In this document: positions 20,187 to 29,906 of the stretch, one piece after another | How positions within the stretch are numbered: the first letter of the stretch is position 1 | How the letters are laid out: every line of letters begins with the position of its first letter | DNA from: Patescibacteria group bacterium UBA6017 | Lineage (GTDB): Bacteria > Patescibacteriota > Saccharimonadia > UBA4664 | Direction of reading: 5' to 3' | Assembly: GCA_002429485.1 (NCBI GenBank) | Contig: DIZX01000015.1 | Coordinates: forward strand, 256,197 to 320,196 | DNA: 64,000 nt | Notes under the pieces: model-generated | Seen by the model: only the letters and a program-made list of their open reading frames with translations | Databases searched by the model: none | Told to the model about the DNA's origin: nothing | Made by a program: the position numbers and the translations under genes

Positions 20187-20909
20187 CTAATACTTAGTGA
20201 GCAAGTTAAAACGAATAATTTCCCAAATAGCCTTAATGCCGTCACTTACACCGATCTTCTTGCCCTCTTCCTTGCTCCGGCCATAGTAGCTAATCCCTAT
20301 CTCGTAAACGGCCGCTTTGCTCTTGGCAATCCGAGCCGTGATCTCGGGCTCAAAACCGAATCGCTGCGCCTTAAGATCTTGTGCCAGTCGACGCGCCAAG
20401 TCGCCTCGCATCATTTTGTAGCAAGTCTCCATATCGGTGAGGTTGAGACCAGTCAGCGCATTCGAAAGAAAAGTCAGGAACTTATTTGCAACTTGGTTGC
20501 GGTAGTAAATAATCCTGTGTGGTTGTCCGCCAATAAACCTTGATCCGTAGACAACATCAGCTTGTCCGCGCTCGATCGGGTATAGGAGGCGTTTATATTC
20601 CTGGGGATCATACTCTAGGTCGGCATCTTGAACTACCACGACGTCGCCCGTAGTCTCGAGGATGCCACGCTTAAGAGCCGCCCCCTTACCCTGGTTGCGG
20701 TCTTGCAGTAGCACGCGGATAGTTTGGCTATTCGCAGCCAACTTCGACAGGATCCCTCTTGTGCCATCCGTGGAATAGTCGTCCACGATTACGATTTCTT
20801 TTTTGGTTGCCCCCAGGTCAACGGCAGCAACCTCTTTAAGAATCTTTTCGATCGTCGCCCGCTCATTGTAGCAAGGGATCACGATGGATAAGGTGTCGAT
20901 TTTTGCCAT
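20187..20909 (-). CDS. GT2 polyprenyl-phosphate glycosyltransferase (GtrB/DPM1/ArnC-like).
   Basis: [10 protein letters not shown]... and [15 protein letters not shown] (DxD region) match this family. The length is ~240 aa. Confidence 0.85.
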   Translation of the reverse strand: MAKIDTLSIVIPCYNERATIEKILKEVAAVDLGATKKEIVIVDDYSTDGTRGILSKLAANSQTIRVLLQDRNQGKGAALKRGILETTGDVVVVQDADLEYDPQEYKRLLYPIERGQADVVYGSRFIGGQPHRIIYYRNQVANKFLTFLSNALTGLNLTDMETCYKMMRGDLARRLAQDLKAQRFGFEPEITARIAKSKAAVYEIGISYYGRSKEEGKKIGVSDGIKAIWEIIRFNLLTKY

Positions 20910-20932
20910 CATGCCTCAATGTCATTATACTG

Positions 20933-21397
20933 ATGGTTATGTTATCACAGTCGACGGTGGGTCGCACTCACTACATCTTGCGGCGACTTCTTAAGATCGA
21001 CTTCGTTCGCTTCAGCCTTGTTGGTGGTTGTGGGTTTGTCATAAATCTTTCCATACTTATGCTGCTATATAGGGGCGTTCACGTCTCAATTTTTCTGGCT
21101 CAATTGATCGGGTCCGAGATTGCACTATTTTTCAATTTCATCTTGCACCACAAATGGACTTATAAACACCGGAACATCGTTAGCTCGATACCGACCCTGC
21201 TGGTGCAATTTCACGCCAGCTCTTGGGCGGCTACGTTGGGCAGTGCCGCGTTGGTAGGCGCTCAAGTAAAGTACCTTCACCTAAATTACGTTGTAGCCCT
21301 GGTCGCCAGTTCCGCCGTTGTGCTGTTCTGGAACTACACTTGGGCAAGGTCGGTAATCTGGCGGCATCATCTCGATACCGACCGGGAACCGGCATGA
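20933..21397 (+). CDS. GtrA-family small membrane protein (putative flippase component).
   Basis: A ~150-aa protein with 4 TM segments. FVRFSLVGGCGFVINLSILMLLY is GtrA-like. The gene is divergent from the GT2 gene, and its stop overlaps the ugd start (ATGA). The start could instead be 20903 or 20939. Confidence 0.6.
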   Translation: MVMLSQSTVGRTHYILRRLLKIDFVRFSLVGGCGFVINLSILMLLYRGVHVSIFLAQLIGSEIALFFNFILHHKWTYKHRNIVSSIPTLLVQFHASSWAATLGSAALVGAQVKYLHLNYVVALVASSAVVLFWNYTWARSVIWRHHLDTDREPA

Positions 21398-22707
21398 AGA
21401 TAGTCGTTATTGGTACGGGTTATGTTGGCTTAGTCTCGGGTACCTGCTTCGCCGAAGAAGGGAATACCGTTATCTGTGTTGATATCGACGAAGATAAGGT
21501 TAGCCGGATGCAGAACGGCCAGATGCCTATATACGAACCGGGTCTCGAGGTTCTATTCCATCGAAATATCCAGGAGCAGCGGCTCAGTTTCACTACTAAC
21601 CTCAAGGCTGGTATCCAAGGTGCTGAAATTATTTTTCTTGCGCTTCCGACACCGCCCGGTTCGGATGGCTCGGCCGACCTGTCATACGTGCTTGGCATGG
21701 CCGAAGAGCTTGGCCCGATGCTGGAAGAGTATGTAGTGATAGTGGATAAAAGCACAGTACCGGTTGGCACTGCGGAAAAAGTTAGGGCCAAAATCGCTGC
21801 CAGCAGCAAAGTAGACTTTGACGTTGTTTCAAACCCTGAGTTCCTTAGAGAAGGCTTTGCCGTGGCCGACTTTATGCGGCCGGATCGTATTGTTGTTGGG
21901 AGCTCGTCGGAGCGAGCGGACAAACTTATGGAGCGGCTGTATCTCCCATTCGTCCGGACAGGCAACCCGATCCTATTTATGAGCGAACGCTCTGCCGAAA
22001 TGACTAAGTACGCCGCCAATGCAATTCTCGCTACGAGGTTAAGCTTCATGAACGAAATCGCCAACATGTGCGAATATGTTGGGGCAGACGTTGATTCCGT
22101 TCGGCTTGGGGTGGGCCATGACCCTCGTATAGGCAAACGTTTCCTCTTTCCAGGAATCGGCTACGGAGGCAGCTGTTTCCCCAAGGATGTCGCGGCGCTC
22201 AAATATATGGGAGGCCAGGAGGGTTACCATTTTCGTGTGCTTGAAGCTGTTGAGCAGGTTAATGAGTACCAAAAAACCCGGCTGTTTGAAAAGATTACTA
22301 GGCACTACAAAGGGGACCTCCGGGACCGGGTATTCGCGCTGTGGGGTCTCTCTTTCAAGCCCGACACGGACGATATTCGGGAGGCACCTTCTTTGGCTAT
22401 TATTGAGCAACTTACCTCGGCTGGTGCCAAGGTAGTCGGTTATGATCCGGTTGCAATCCCCAACGTCAAGAGACAACGGGGGGACAACCCGAATCTCAGT
22501 TTTTCCTCTAACCCCTACGATGCCCTAGGTGGGGCTGATGCCCTCCTTATTGCTACCGAATGGGGTGAATTTAAGACCCCCGACTTCAGGAAGATTAAAC
22601 AATATTTAAAAAAGCCAGTCATTTTTGATGGCCGCAATGTGTTTAGTCTCGACGAAATGAAAGAACAGGGGTTTAAGTACTATAGTATCGGTCGGCCGGT
22701 CGTTTAG
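21394..22707 (+). CDS. ugd: UDP-glucose 6-dehydrogenase.
   Basis: ORF 21223..22707. The true start is MKIVVIGTGYVGLVSGTCFAEEGN at 21394. The catalytic GGSCFPKD is present. Confidence 0.95.
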   Translation: MKIVVIGTGYVGLVSGTCFAEEGNTVICVDIDEDKVSRMQNGQMPIYEPGLEVLFHRNIQEQRLSFTTNLKAGIQGAEIIFLALPTPPGSDGSADLSYVLGMAEELGPMLEEYVVIVDKSTVPVGTAEKVRAKIAASSKVDFDVVSNPEFLREGFAVADFMRPDRIVVGSSSERADKLMERLYLPFVRTGNPILFMSERSAEMTKYAANAILATRLSFMNEIANMCEYVGADVDSVRLGVGHDPRIGKRFLFPGIGYGGSCFPKDVAALKYMGGQEGYHFRVLEAVEQVNEYQKTRLFEKITRHYKGDLRDRVFALWGLSFKPDTDDIREAPSLAIIEQLTSAGAKVVGYDPVAIPNVKRQRGDNPNLSFSSNPYDALGGADALLIATEWGEFKTPDFRKIKQYLKKPVIFDGRNVFSLDEMKEQGFKYYSIGRPVV

Positions 22708-22734
22708 GTGGTGCTAATTAAGAAGGAGCAAATT

Positions 22735-23694
22735 ATGGGCAAGCGAGTGATGGTTACGGGTGGTGCCGGGTTTGTTGGTTCGCATCTGTGTGAGCGCCTG
22801 CTGGTCGACGGGCATGAGGTACTCTGCGTCGACAACTTTTATACGGGGCGTCGCCAAAATATTTATGAGATGCTTGAACATCGGAATTTTGAATTATTAC
22901 GGCACGATATCACTGTGCCTCTCTCAGTAGAAGTGGATCAGATCTACAATCTGGCTTGCCCCGCCTCGCCAGTACACTATCAATTTGACCCTGTCCAGAC
23001 CACCAAGACCAGCGTCCTGGGTGCCATCAATATGCTTGGCTTAGCTAAGCGAGTAAAGGCCAGTGTACTCCAAGCATCTACCAGTGAAGTCTATGGAGAC
23101 CCGGACGTCCACCCACAACCCGAAAGTTATTGGGGTAATGTGAACCCCGTTGGTATTCGGTCATGCTATGACGAGGGTAAGCGTTGCGCCGAGACGCTTT
23201 TCTTTGATTATCACAGGCAGTCAAATGTAGATATTCGGGTCGTGAGAATATTCAACACGTATGGGCCCAAAATGCTTCCAAATGACGGTCGCGTAGTCTC
23301 AAACTTTATTGTCCAGGCATTAACAAATCAGGATATCACTATTTATGGTGACGGCTCACAAACAAGGAGCTTTCAGTATGTTGACGACCTAGTAGAGGGG
23401 ATGGTTAAAATGATGAATAACACTCGTCAGCTTATAGGCCCAGTAAATTTGGGCAATCCGAACGAGTTTACGATAAAAGAATTGGCCAATGCGATATTAA
23501 AGCAGATACCAGAGAGTACGAGTAAGATAATCTTCAAAGAACTACCCCAAGATGATCCTCGGCAACGTCAACCCAACATTGATCTAGCCCGTAAGGAGCT
23601 TGATTGGGAGCCAAATATCCAGTTGCAGGCAGGGCTCAGCCGCACTATCGATTATTTCCGGTTGGTAATGAAGGTCAAAAATTACACTAAGTAG
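22735..23694 (+). CDS. uxs: UDP-glucuronate decarboxylase (UDP-xylose synthase).
   Basis: [40 protein letters not shown]. An AAGGAG Shine-Dalgarno sequence lies upstream of the 22735 start. Confidence 0.9.
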   Translation: MGKRVMVTGGAGFVGSHLCERLLVDGHEVLCVDNFYTGRRQNIYEMLEHRNFELLRHDITVPLSVEVDQIYNLACPASPVHYQFDPVQTTKTSVLGAINMLGLAKRVKASVLQASTSEVYGDPDVHPQPESYWGNVNPVGIRSCYDEGKRCAETLFFDYHRQSNVDIRVVRIFNTYGPKMLPNDGRVVSNFIVQALTNQDITIYGDGSQTRSFQYVDDLVEGMVKMMNNTRQLIGPVNLGNPNEFTIKELANAILKQIPESTSKIIFKELPQDDPRQRQPNIDLARKELDWEPNIQLQAGLSRTIDYFRLVMKVKNYTK

Positions 23695-23784
23695 TCGCGG
23701 GTTGGCATTGATATCTCCAGATGTAGCGTAGCCACAGTATCAACTTTAGTCATGCTAAAATGCTTATATTAGATAGGGGCCACA

Positions 23785-24315
23785 ATGCCGAGATTGCCAA
23801 AGAAGCGAATAATCCTCTCCTGCGCAGTATTGGCTGTTGTGGCCATTTGCATAGGCGCTTATGCGTACAATCTAGATAGGCGATTGGCCATCGTTCCGAC
23901 CAGCGCAACCCCATCGGCTAGCCAAACCCCCGGAGCAGACACCGCAACCCACGCTGGCCCGGGTTCCGACATCGCGGCGTCCCCCAAGGTCGAACCTACG
24001 CCCTCTACAGCCAAGGTGCAGCAACCTACCGGTCAACTCCTGAACACTCATTCCGTCAGCCTCAGCTCGGGGATAACCAGTATAGATTCTACCTGCAACT
24101 CAGTGTCTGGGGCCACCTGCGCCATCCGGGCCACTCGGGGCGCTGAGACCATCACGGTCGGTACGGCAACTACCTTGTCTGATGGCTCAAATGGTCTTGA
24201 AATAATCTGGGATGCCAAGAAACTCAGTAAAGGAACCTGGATTATCCGTGCGGTTGCTAGTAAAGGTTCTCAAGAGGCACAATCGGACCCTGACAGTCTG
24301 GTGGTTGTTGAATGA
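23785..24315 (+). CDS. Membrane-anchored Ser/Thr/Pro-rich protein of unknown function.
   Basis: An N-terminal TM segment (ILSCAVLAVVAICIGAYAY) is followed by a low-complexity linker and a small C-terminal domain. The stop overlaps the next gene (ATGA). Confidence 0.5.
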   Translation: MPRLPKKRIILSCAVLAVVAICIGAYAYNLDRRLAIVPTSATPSASQTPGADTATHAGPGSDIAASPKVEPTPSTAKVQQPTGQLLNTHSVSLSSGITSIDSTCNSVSGATCAIRATRGAETITVGTATTLSDGSNGLEIIWDAKKLSKGTWIIRAVASKGSQEAQSDPDSLVVVE

Positions 24316-27233
24316 CTAAATCGTTACGTGTTTCGGCCCTTGTGCTCTTAGTAGCTACGGTTTCAATTGCAGCTTTTATTGTCCCTGCACATGCCACCGA
24401 CTATAATAACTCCCGTCTCATGGACGACCAGATCTTCGATAACAACGCGAGCATGAATGAGTCTCAGATTCAATCCTTTTTGAGTGCTCGTGGGTCTTGT
24501 CTTGCAAGTTATAACGACGTGGACCCAACCTGGACCGGCTCAACTTGGACATACGGCGGAAGCGCCTCAGCCGCCCACACCATCTACAAGGTCTCTCAAC
24601 AATGGGGGCTGAATCCGCAGGTAATCATTGCGACACTCCAGAAAGAGCAGAGCCTGATAACTGGCGCGGGTTGTGTTGCTCCACAAATAATCTCTGCGAT
24701 GGGGTATGATTGCCCAGATTCAAATGGCCGGTATGACTATCCCGCTATCGGAGTTACCCAAACCTGTGTTTCCCATCAGAAGAATGCGGGCTTCGCCAGG
24801 CAAGTGCTTTGGGGTTCATGGCAATTAAAGTTCAATAAAGAGCGTGCCTATGGCAATACCAGCTGGGACGGCGATGGTAGCCTTATTTACGGTGGGTACA
24901 TGACAGCCGGAGTTCGCAAGCGGTGTGATACTTGCCAGTCATTCTCCTACGACGGCAATACATCTATCGACGGGCAGGCTCTCCATATCGACAACGGCAC
25001 GACCGCCTCGCTCTACTACTACACTCCTCACCTCGGACAGTCTTTCCCCGGGATATTCGAGGGTTGGTTTGGCTCAACTCTTGTTCCCACATATGCCTCT
25101 CAGTTCGCTGGTGTGTCGGCTTACCCTACAATCGTCCCAGGCACCTCTGTAACGGTCACATTGAGCTATCAAAATGTCGGGAACCTAGCTTGGTACGACG
25201 ACGTTAGTGCGCAATCCGCGGGCCAGTTGCCGACCCACCTCGCCACCAGTCACGCCTTAAATAGGACTAGCCCATTTGTCCTGGGTGGGGGCCAAAATCG
25301 CCCTGCCCTAACTTTTGCTGCCGTGTATATGAGTGATGGGACCACGCTAGCTTCAAACCAGCACGTAGCGCAATCGAGTCAGATTGTTAAATTCTCATTA
25401 GTTCTCGTGGCCGACCGGTCGTTGCCGGCAGGGCAATACCGGGAGTATTTCCAGCCGATCATCGAGGGGGGGAGCGTAATGAATGATCCCGGCACTTTCG
25501 TGGATGTAAATGTACCCGACCTTGACGCTTCGTCAGCGGCCGGTCAATCTGGCTATCCTACTTTAAAACCCGCACAGGGGGCTGCCGCCTTCTTAACCTA
25601 TCGCAACGCCGGCAACACTCGGTGGTGCGACGATATTGCTATGGCACAGGCTTCGTCTGGGTGTCATCGCGTTCATTTGGCAACGTCTCATGCCATCAAT
25701 CGTGCCAGCGCCATAGGCTCCGAATGGGGTCCAGGTAAAAACCGCCCCGCCCTAACCTTTGCCGCCGTTTATTTGGGGGATAATATCACTCCAGCGCCAG
25801 ACCAACATGTCGCTTTGCCTGGGCAGTTTATTAAATTCACCTTCAATTTCGTTGTGCCAGAAAACCAGGCGCCCTCAACCTCGCAAGAGTACTTCCAGCC
25901 AATAGTCGAGGGTGGAGCCACCATGAACGACCCTGGAACCTTTCTAAATGTCACAATATCATCAGCGTCAACTTCTGTAGCAGTTAGTGCCCCCGCTCAG
26001 CAATTTGTTGCGGGCGAGACCAAGACGCCCTCCCTCTCCTTCAGGAATACGGGCAACGTCGCCTGGTCGAATGCTAATACCAAACTTTTGGCAGTCAATG
26101 ACTCTAGCAAGGTTTTCAAAAACATCAGCTGGGCTAGCCCTACGATAGCCGCTAGCATGAACGAGTCAAGCGTGGCTCCGGGAGGCACCGCTACCTTCAG
26201 CCCCTCTCTGACTGCGCCAGTAGGAGCCGGGAGCTATACTCTTAATTTTGCCCCCGGTGAGCAGAATGTAGCGTACGACGGCCCCAAGGCCTCAATGGGT
26301 GCGACCGTCTCTGGTGCTATATACTCTTCACTTTATGCTGGCGAGTCAGGGTATCCTCAGATTCGCCAGGGCCAGTCTGCAACTGCCTGGATTCGTTATA
26401 AGAACACGGGCAATATTGCCTGGTACGACGATACCAATGCTTCCACTGGCCCCGCTGGCGTCAAGCCAAGTCACCTCGCAACGAGTCACGAACTCAATCG
26501 TAGTAGCGTCCTAGGTAACGTCTGGGGAGGAGATAATAACCGCCCCTCAGGCAGCCCTTCCGCTGTCTACGAAAGTGACGGGACTACTCTTGCGGCTAAC
26601 CAGCATCTCATTCAGCCTGGCCAAATTGCCCAATATCGTTTCATTTTGAGCGCTCCGTTCGGCCTTGCCACGGGCATAAGACGTGAATATTACCAGCCGA
26701 TCGTAGAGGGCGGAACCACCATGAACGACCCCGGGACTTTCCTAGACGTCGAAGTATTGCCTGGCACGTATTCTAGCCAGTACTACTCGCAGTCTGGCTA
26801 CCCCAGCATAGCTCGACCCGCGAGCGGGTCTGCAACAGCCGCCGCCTACATAAGCTACAAGAATACCGGTAACACTCCCTGGTATGACTCTTCCAGTGTG
26901 ACGCCCGGCAATTTGCCCACCAACTTAGCCACTAGCCACTCCGTCAACCGAGCCAGTGGTTTGGCTGACGTATCGCCCAGCGGCTGGTGTAATAGCAGCT
27001 CCCGCAATCGCGCCGCGTGCCAGTTCGCTGCCGTATACGAAAGCGATGGTATCACTCCTGCCGCCAGCCAGCATGTAGCCCAGCCCGGCCAAATCGTGAA
27101 ATTTGCTTTCAGCTTCTCTGCCACCCCCACCACTCCGCTAGGAACCACGCGCGAGTTCTTCCAGCCCATCATCGAGGGCGCCACTACTATGAATGACCCG
27201 TGGACCTCCCTCGAAGTTACTATCACGCCTTAG
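24312..27233 (+). CDS. Large secreted repeat protein (973 aa). A signal peptide and a ~260-aa N-terminal domain are followed by five tandem ~135-aa repeats.
   Basis: The signal peptide is MTKSLRVSALVLLVATVSIAAFIVPAHA. The repeats share a (S/A)GYP ... Y-N-GN-x-W-DD ... LATSH-x-NR-S ... NRPA ... FAAVY-SDG-T ... QPGQI ... REYFQPI-EGG-x-MNDPGTF core. The third repeat is divergent. Confidence 0.75.
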   Translation: MTKSLRVSALVLLVATVSIAAFIVPAHATDYNNSRLMDDQIFDNNASMNESQIQSFLSARGSCLASYNDVDPTWTGSTWTYGGSASAAHTIYKVSQQWGLNPQVIIATLQKEQSLITGAGCVAPQIISAMGYDCPDSNGRYDYPAIGVTQTCVSHQKNAGFARQVLWGSWQLKFNKERAYGNTSWDGDGSLIYGGYMTAGVRKRCDTCQSFSYDGNTSIDGQALHIDNGTTASLYYYTPHLGQSFPGIFEGWFGSTLVPTYASQFAGVSAYPTIVPGTSVTVTLSYQNVGNLAWYDDVSAQSAGQLPTHLATSHALNRTSPFVLGGGQNRPALTFAAVYMSDGTTLASNQHVAQSSQIVKFSLVLVADRSLPAGQYREYFQPIIEGGSVMNDPGTFVDVNVPDLDASSAAGQSGYPTLKPAQGAAAFLTYRNAGNTRWCDDIAMAQASSGCHRVHLATSHAINRASAIGSEWGPGKNRPALTFAAVYLGDNITPAPDQHVALPGQFIKFTFNFVVPENQAPSTSQEYFQPIVEGGATMNDPGTFLNVTISSASTSVAVSAPAQQFVAGETKTPSLSFRNTGNVAWSNANTKLLAVNDSSKVFKNISWASPTIAASMNESSVAPGGTATFSPSLTAPVGAGSYTLNFAPGEQNVAYDGPKASMGATVSGAIYSSLYAGESGYPQIRQGQSATAWIRYKNTGNIAWYDDTNASTGPAGVKPSHLATSHELNRSSVLGNVWGGDNNRPSGSPSAVYESDGTTLAANQHLIQPGQIAQYRFILSAPFGLATGIRREYYQPIVEGGTTMNDPGTFLDVEVLPGTYSSQYYSQSGYPSIARPASGSATAAAYISYKNTGNTPWYDSSSVTPGNLPTNLATSHSVNRASGLADVSPSGWCNSSSRNRAACQFAAVYESDGITPAASQHVAQPGQIVKFAFSFSATPTTPLGTTREFFQPIIEGATTMNDPWTSLEVTITP
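25101..27230 (+). repeat. Five tandem ~400-nt coding repeats inside gene 24312..27233.
   Basis: Approximate units are 25101..25511, 25542..25955, 25989..26306 (divergent), 26337..26753 and 26787..27230, with conserved W/Y/NDPGTF positions. These are protein-level repeats, not CRISPR. Confidence 0.7.
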
Positions 27234-27276
27234 CTTAGGGCGACTATATCCGCAGAAGGGCTTCGGCCGACTCTTG

Positions 27277-28563
27277 TCAGAGCATCCCCTCAAAACGAAC
27301 CTTGATAGCAGATCCAGTTTTGGCGTAGCCAGATAAAAGTTTTTTGATAAGTTTCAGTGGGGTAGCCATTGCTATTAAACCCGGCGCCTGTGCGCCCGTT
27401 AGAGCCCAGTTAGCCACCTGAGCCGAAATGCTTATTGCGGCACGGTCAACATAAATTTCAAAATAGTGAGCGCCAAGTAGGGTCAGGCTCAGGTATGCGA
27501 GTACTGTGATAGCGACACTAGGCGTGTATCCGAAGTGAGGGATAAGGGAAGAGAAGATATAGGTAGAAAGGCCCATAAGGGTAATTTGGTGTAGCAAATA
27601 TAGGCTGAATGATTTTTGCCCCAGATAAACCAACGGCCGCCAGCTAAGCCATTTTTGAACACGCGGTAGTCCAAGGATTGCAACCAGCACAAAAAATGCC
27701 GCAAGGTTATGCCAAAAAAACGTGTTCTCAACCACACTCCACCCTTGAACAAACAACAACTGGTATGTCGTCTGTGCCGGGTTTCCATATGTTGTGTAGC
27801 CTCCTAGGAGTATGCCGGTTGCCAGTAGCCCCCAACCACATCTTCGGATCTGACGAGCCAAGTCAGCACGCCGATCTGCTGTTGCCAGTAAATCGGCCAG
27901 CAGCATACCGACGACAAATCCCAGGTATTCCGTTCTCAGCACCGCAGCAACCAGTGCTAGGTAAATAACCCAGCGTAGCCTGTTCTGCCCAAATAGGGCG
28001 GTTATAGCAAATACCAGAAAAGAACCAAATAACTCTATTTGCATAGTCCAAAGAACGGGGTTGTATATTCCGGAGCCGGAAACGAATGTGCCGAAAAGCC
28101 CCTCGTAAATCGCCTTGCCTATTGAAGGCTCGAACTGAAAATAGTTTGCTGGGCTATGTGTAATGAGCTGGACCCCTGCCCAGTTTTGAAACAGACCAAG
28201 CTTCATTAGTAAGTATGCCAATATAACTGAAACTAGCACTGGTATTGCCAGACGAAGATACCTTTTGGACGCGGCTCGCTCTAGTGACTTCGGGTCACGC
28301 CGTTTAAAAAAAATCCGAGCAAGAACGTACCCGCTCAAGGTGAAGAATATTGCCACTGCGAAATTACCACTTACTAGTACGCCGAGCGGTGAGGTATAAA
28401 ATAAATGCGCGAATCGCGAGTGTGTCGCAATGGGCGGCCCGACAACCATTGCGGGGAAGTAAACCGACGCGGTGTGAAAAAGCACCACCATAAGAGCTGC
28501 TAGCCCCCGCAGACTCTCCAGATATAATAACTTCGCTTTTGGCTCACCGGTATCTTCCATCAT
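27277..28563 (-). CDS. Acyltransferase family 3 membrane protein (O-acyl/acetyltransferase).
   Basis: MMEDTGEPKAKLLYLESLRGLAALMVVLFHT followed by ~10 TM segments. Confidence 0.85.
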   Translation of the reverse strand: MMEDTGEPKAKLLYLESLRGLAALMVVLFHTASVYFPAMVVGPPIATHSRFAHLFYTSPLGVLVSGNFAVAIFFTLSGYVLARIFFKRRDPKSLERAASKRYLRLAIPVLVSVILAYLLMKLGLFQNWAGVQLITHSPANYFQFEPSIGKAIYEGLFGTFVSGSGIYNPVLWTMQIELFGSFLVFAITALFGQNRLRWVIYLALVAAVLRTEYLGFVVGMLLADLLATADRRADLARQIRRCGWGLLATGILLGGYTTYGNPAQTTYQLLFVQGWSVVENTFFWHNLAAFFVLVAILGLPRVQKWLSWRPLVYLGQKSFSLYLLHQITLMGLSTYIFSSLIPHFGYTPSVAITVLAYLSLTLLGAHYFEIYVDRAAISISAQVANWALTGAQAPGLIAMATPLKLIKKLLSGYAKTGSAIKVRFEGML

Positions 28564-28622
28564 AACTATTATAAGGCATAAGCTTTCAATCCTTTACACT
28601 TACGCTATGATTCGCATGGAGT

Positions 28623-29834
28623 TTATGGCGCGGGCGCGGGTTCGTAGGCTGAGCGGCTCGACACCCTACGGCGCGGTAGCCGAGCGCGCAAAAAAAGGCT
28701 AGCCGGTGCCTCAAACAGTCGAAAGCTCAGCCAGGCGATGATGAGTGTTGTGACGAAGGTTAGGAGTGTAAATACGGGCGCTGATCGTTGGCCTAGCAGC
28801 TTTAACAGTAAAAAAATCACTAGGGGATGAAGCAAATACATCCCATAGCATAGCGCCCCCGGCAGCGTGAGAAATTGAGGCATTCGATTTGCCCACGGAC
28901 GAGTCCTCGCCACGGTTAAAATTCCGGCTATCGCGAGGCTAAGAAGAGTTGGAGCATAAACACGAGTCAGCGGAAGCTGGGCCAAGCTCAAACCCCAAAA
29001 AACGCAAAACGCCAACACTGCGAACCCTAGAGCCATGCCCAGGGCAGTTTTCCTCCCGAGATTCCGAATCCTAGGATTCGTGCTCGCCAAGAACGCCATA
29101 ACCCCAAATGCTATGCTCTCAAAGCCACTCGGGGAGCCACTAAAACCGAGCCAAAAATTCGTCGGGGCCACGAGTGAAGTTGTTAGCCGGTACAAAATGC
29201 CGATTCCGACAACGAGAGCCATAACGCGCACCAGACGAGCCGCGGAACCCCCGAAGCGCCGCAATATAAATGGGTATAACAGGTAAAACTGTTCCTCAAT
29301 CGCCAACGACCAAAATATGTCCCACTGCAGGCCCCACCCGCTCGCAATGCTCTGGTACGCGATCCGGACCCAATTGAACGCAAATAATGGCAGAGAGACG
29401 AAAAACCAGCCACTGAATTGGGCTTGGGGGTCCCGCAGGACGAAGTCGCGCGCTATGCCTGGGTGAGTTAAGTGAGCGAGCACCGCTGCCGTTAGAACCA
29501 CCACCATCGCAAGTGGCAGTAAGCGAGCCACCCGGCGTCCATAGAAGTCTAGGCTTGAGACAGCTGACAAGTTAGGACTACGAATGGATATTGTCTTAGT
29601 AATAATGAAACCGGACACAACAAAAAATATTGTCACGCCGTAAGCGGAGTTTCCTTCGAGCCGCCCCTGTAGCCAGCCTGGCCAGCCAGCCATGGCGAAT
29701 GAAACAGTAGCGCTATGACCAAATACCACAATCGCAATACTTATAGAACGCAGCAGATCTACGACCGCAAAACGTGACGTCGGTTTGGGTAGCATTAAAG
29801 CTCTCGGCTCACCAGTCTCTTCCATCATAACCAT
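28623..29834 (-). CDS. Acyltransferase family 3 membrane protein, a tandem paralogue of 27277..28563.
   Basis: MVMMEETGEPRA...LLRSISIAIVVFGHS. The 5' flank is nearly identical to that of the downstream paralogue. Confidence 0.85.
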   Translation of the reverse strand: MVMMEETGEPRALMLPKPTSRFAVVDLLRSISIAIVVFGHSATVSFAMAGWPGWLQGRLEGNSAYGVTIFFVVSGFIITKTISIRSPNLSAVSSLDFYGRRVARLLPLAMVVVLTAAVLAHLTHPGIARDFVLRDPQAQFSGWFFVSLPLFAFNWVRIAYQSIASGWGLQWDIFWSLAIEEQFYLLYPFILRRFGGSAARLVRVMALVVGIGILYRLTTSLVAPTNFWLGFSGSPSGFESIAFGVMAFLASTNPRIRNLGRKTALGMALGFAVLAFCVFWGLSLAQLPLTRVYAPTLLSLAIAGILTVARTRPWANRMPQFLTLPGALCYGMYLLHPLVIFLLLKLLGQRSAPVFTLLTFVTTLIIAWLSFRLFEAPASLFLRARLPRRRVSSRSAYEPAPAP

Positions 29835-29906
29835 TATAAGGCACCCGCCTCGAAATTTGGTATAATCGCATCGAACTCGGCTCGTTTAATTGACGGGCGC
29901 CCAAGA

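Noticed and set aside
21420-22136. 238-aa minus-strand ORF inside ugd.
   Set aside because: It is antisense to a clearly identified UDP-glucose dehydrogenase, with Ser/Pro/Thr-rich low complexity.
25101-27230. Periodic ~400-nt repeats, considered as a possible CRISPR or satellite array.
   Set aside because: The repeats are in-frame, protein-coding and divergent at the nucleotide level. There are no short identical direct repeats with unique spacers.
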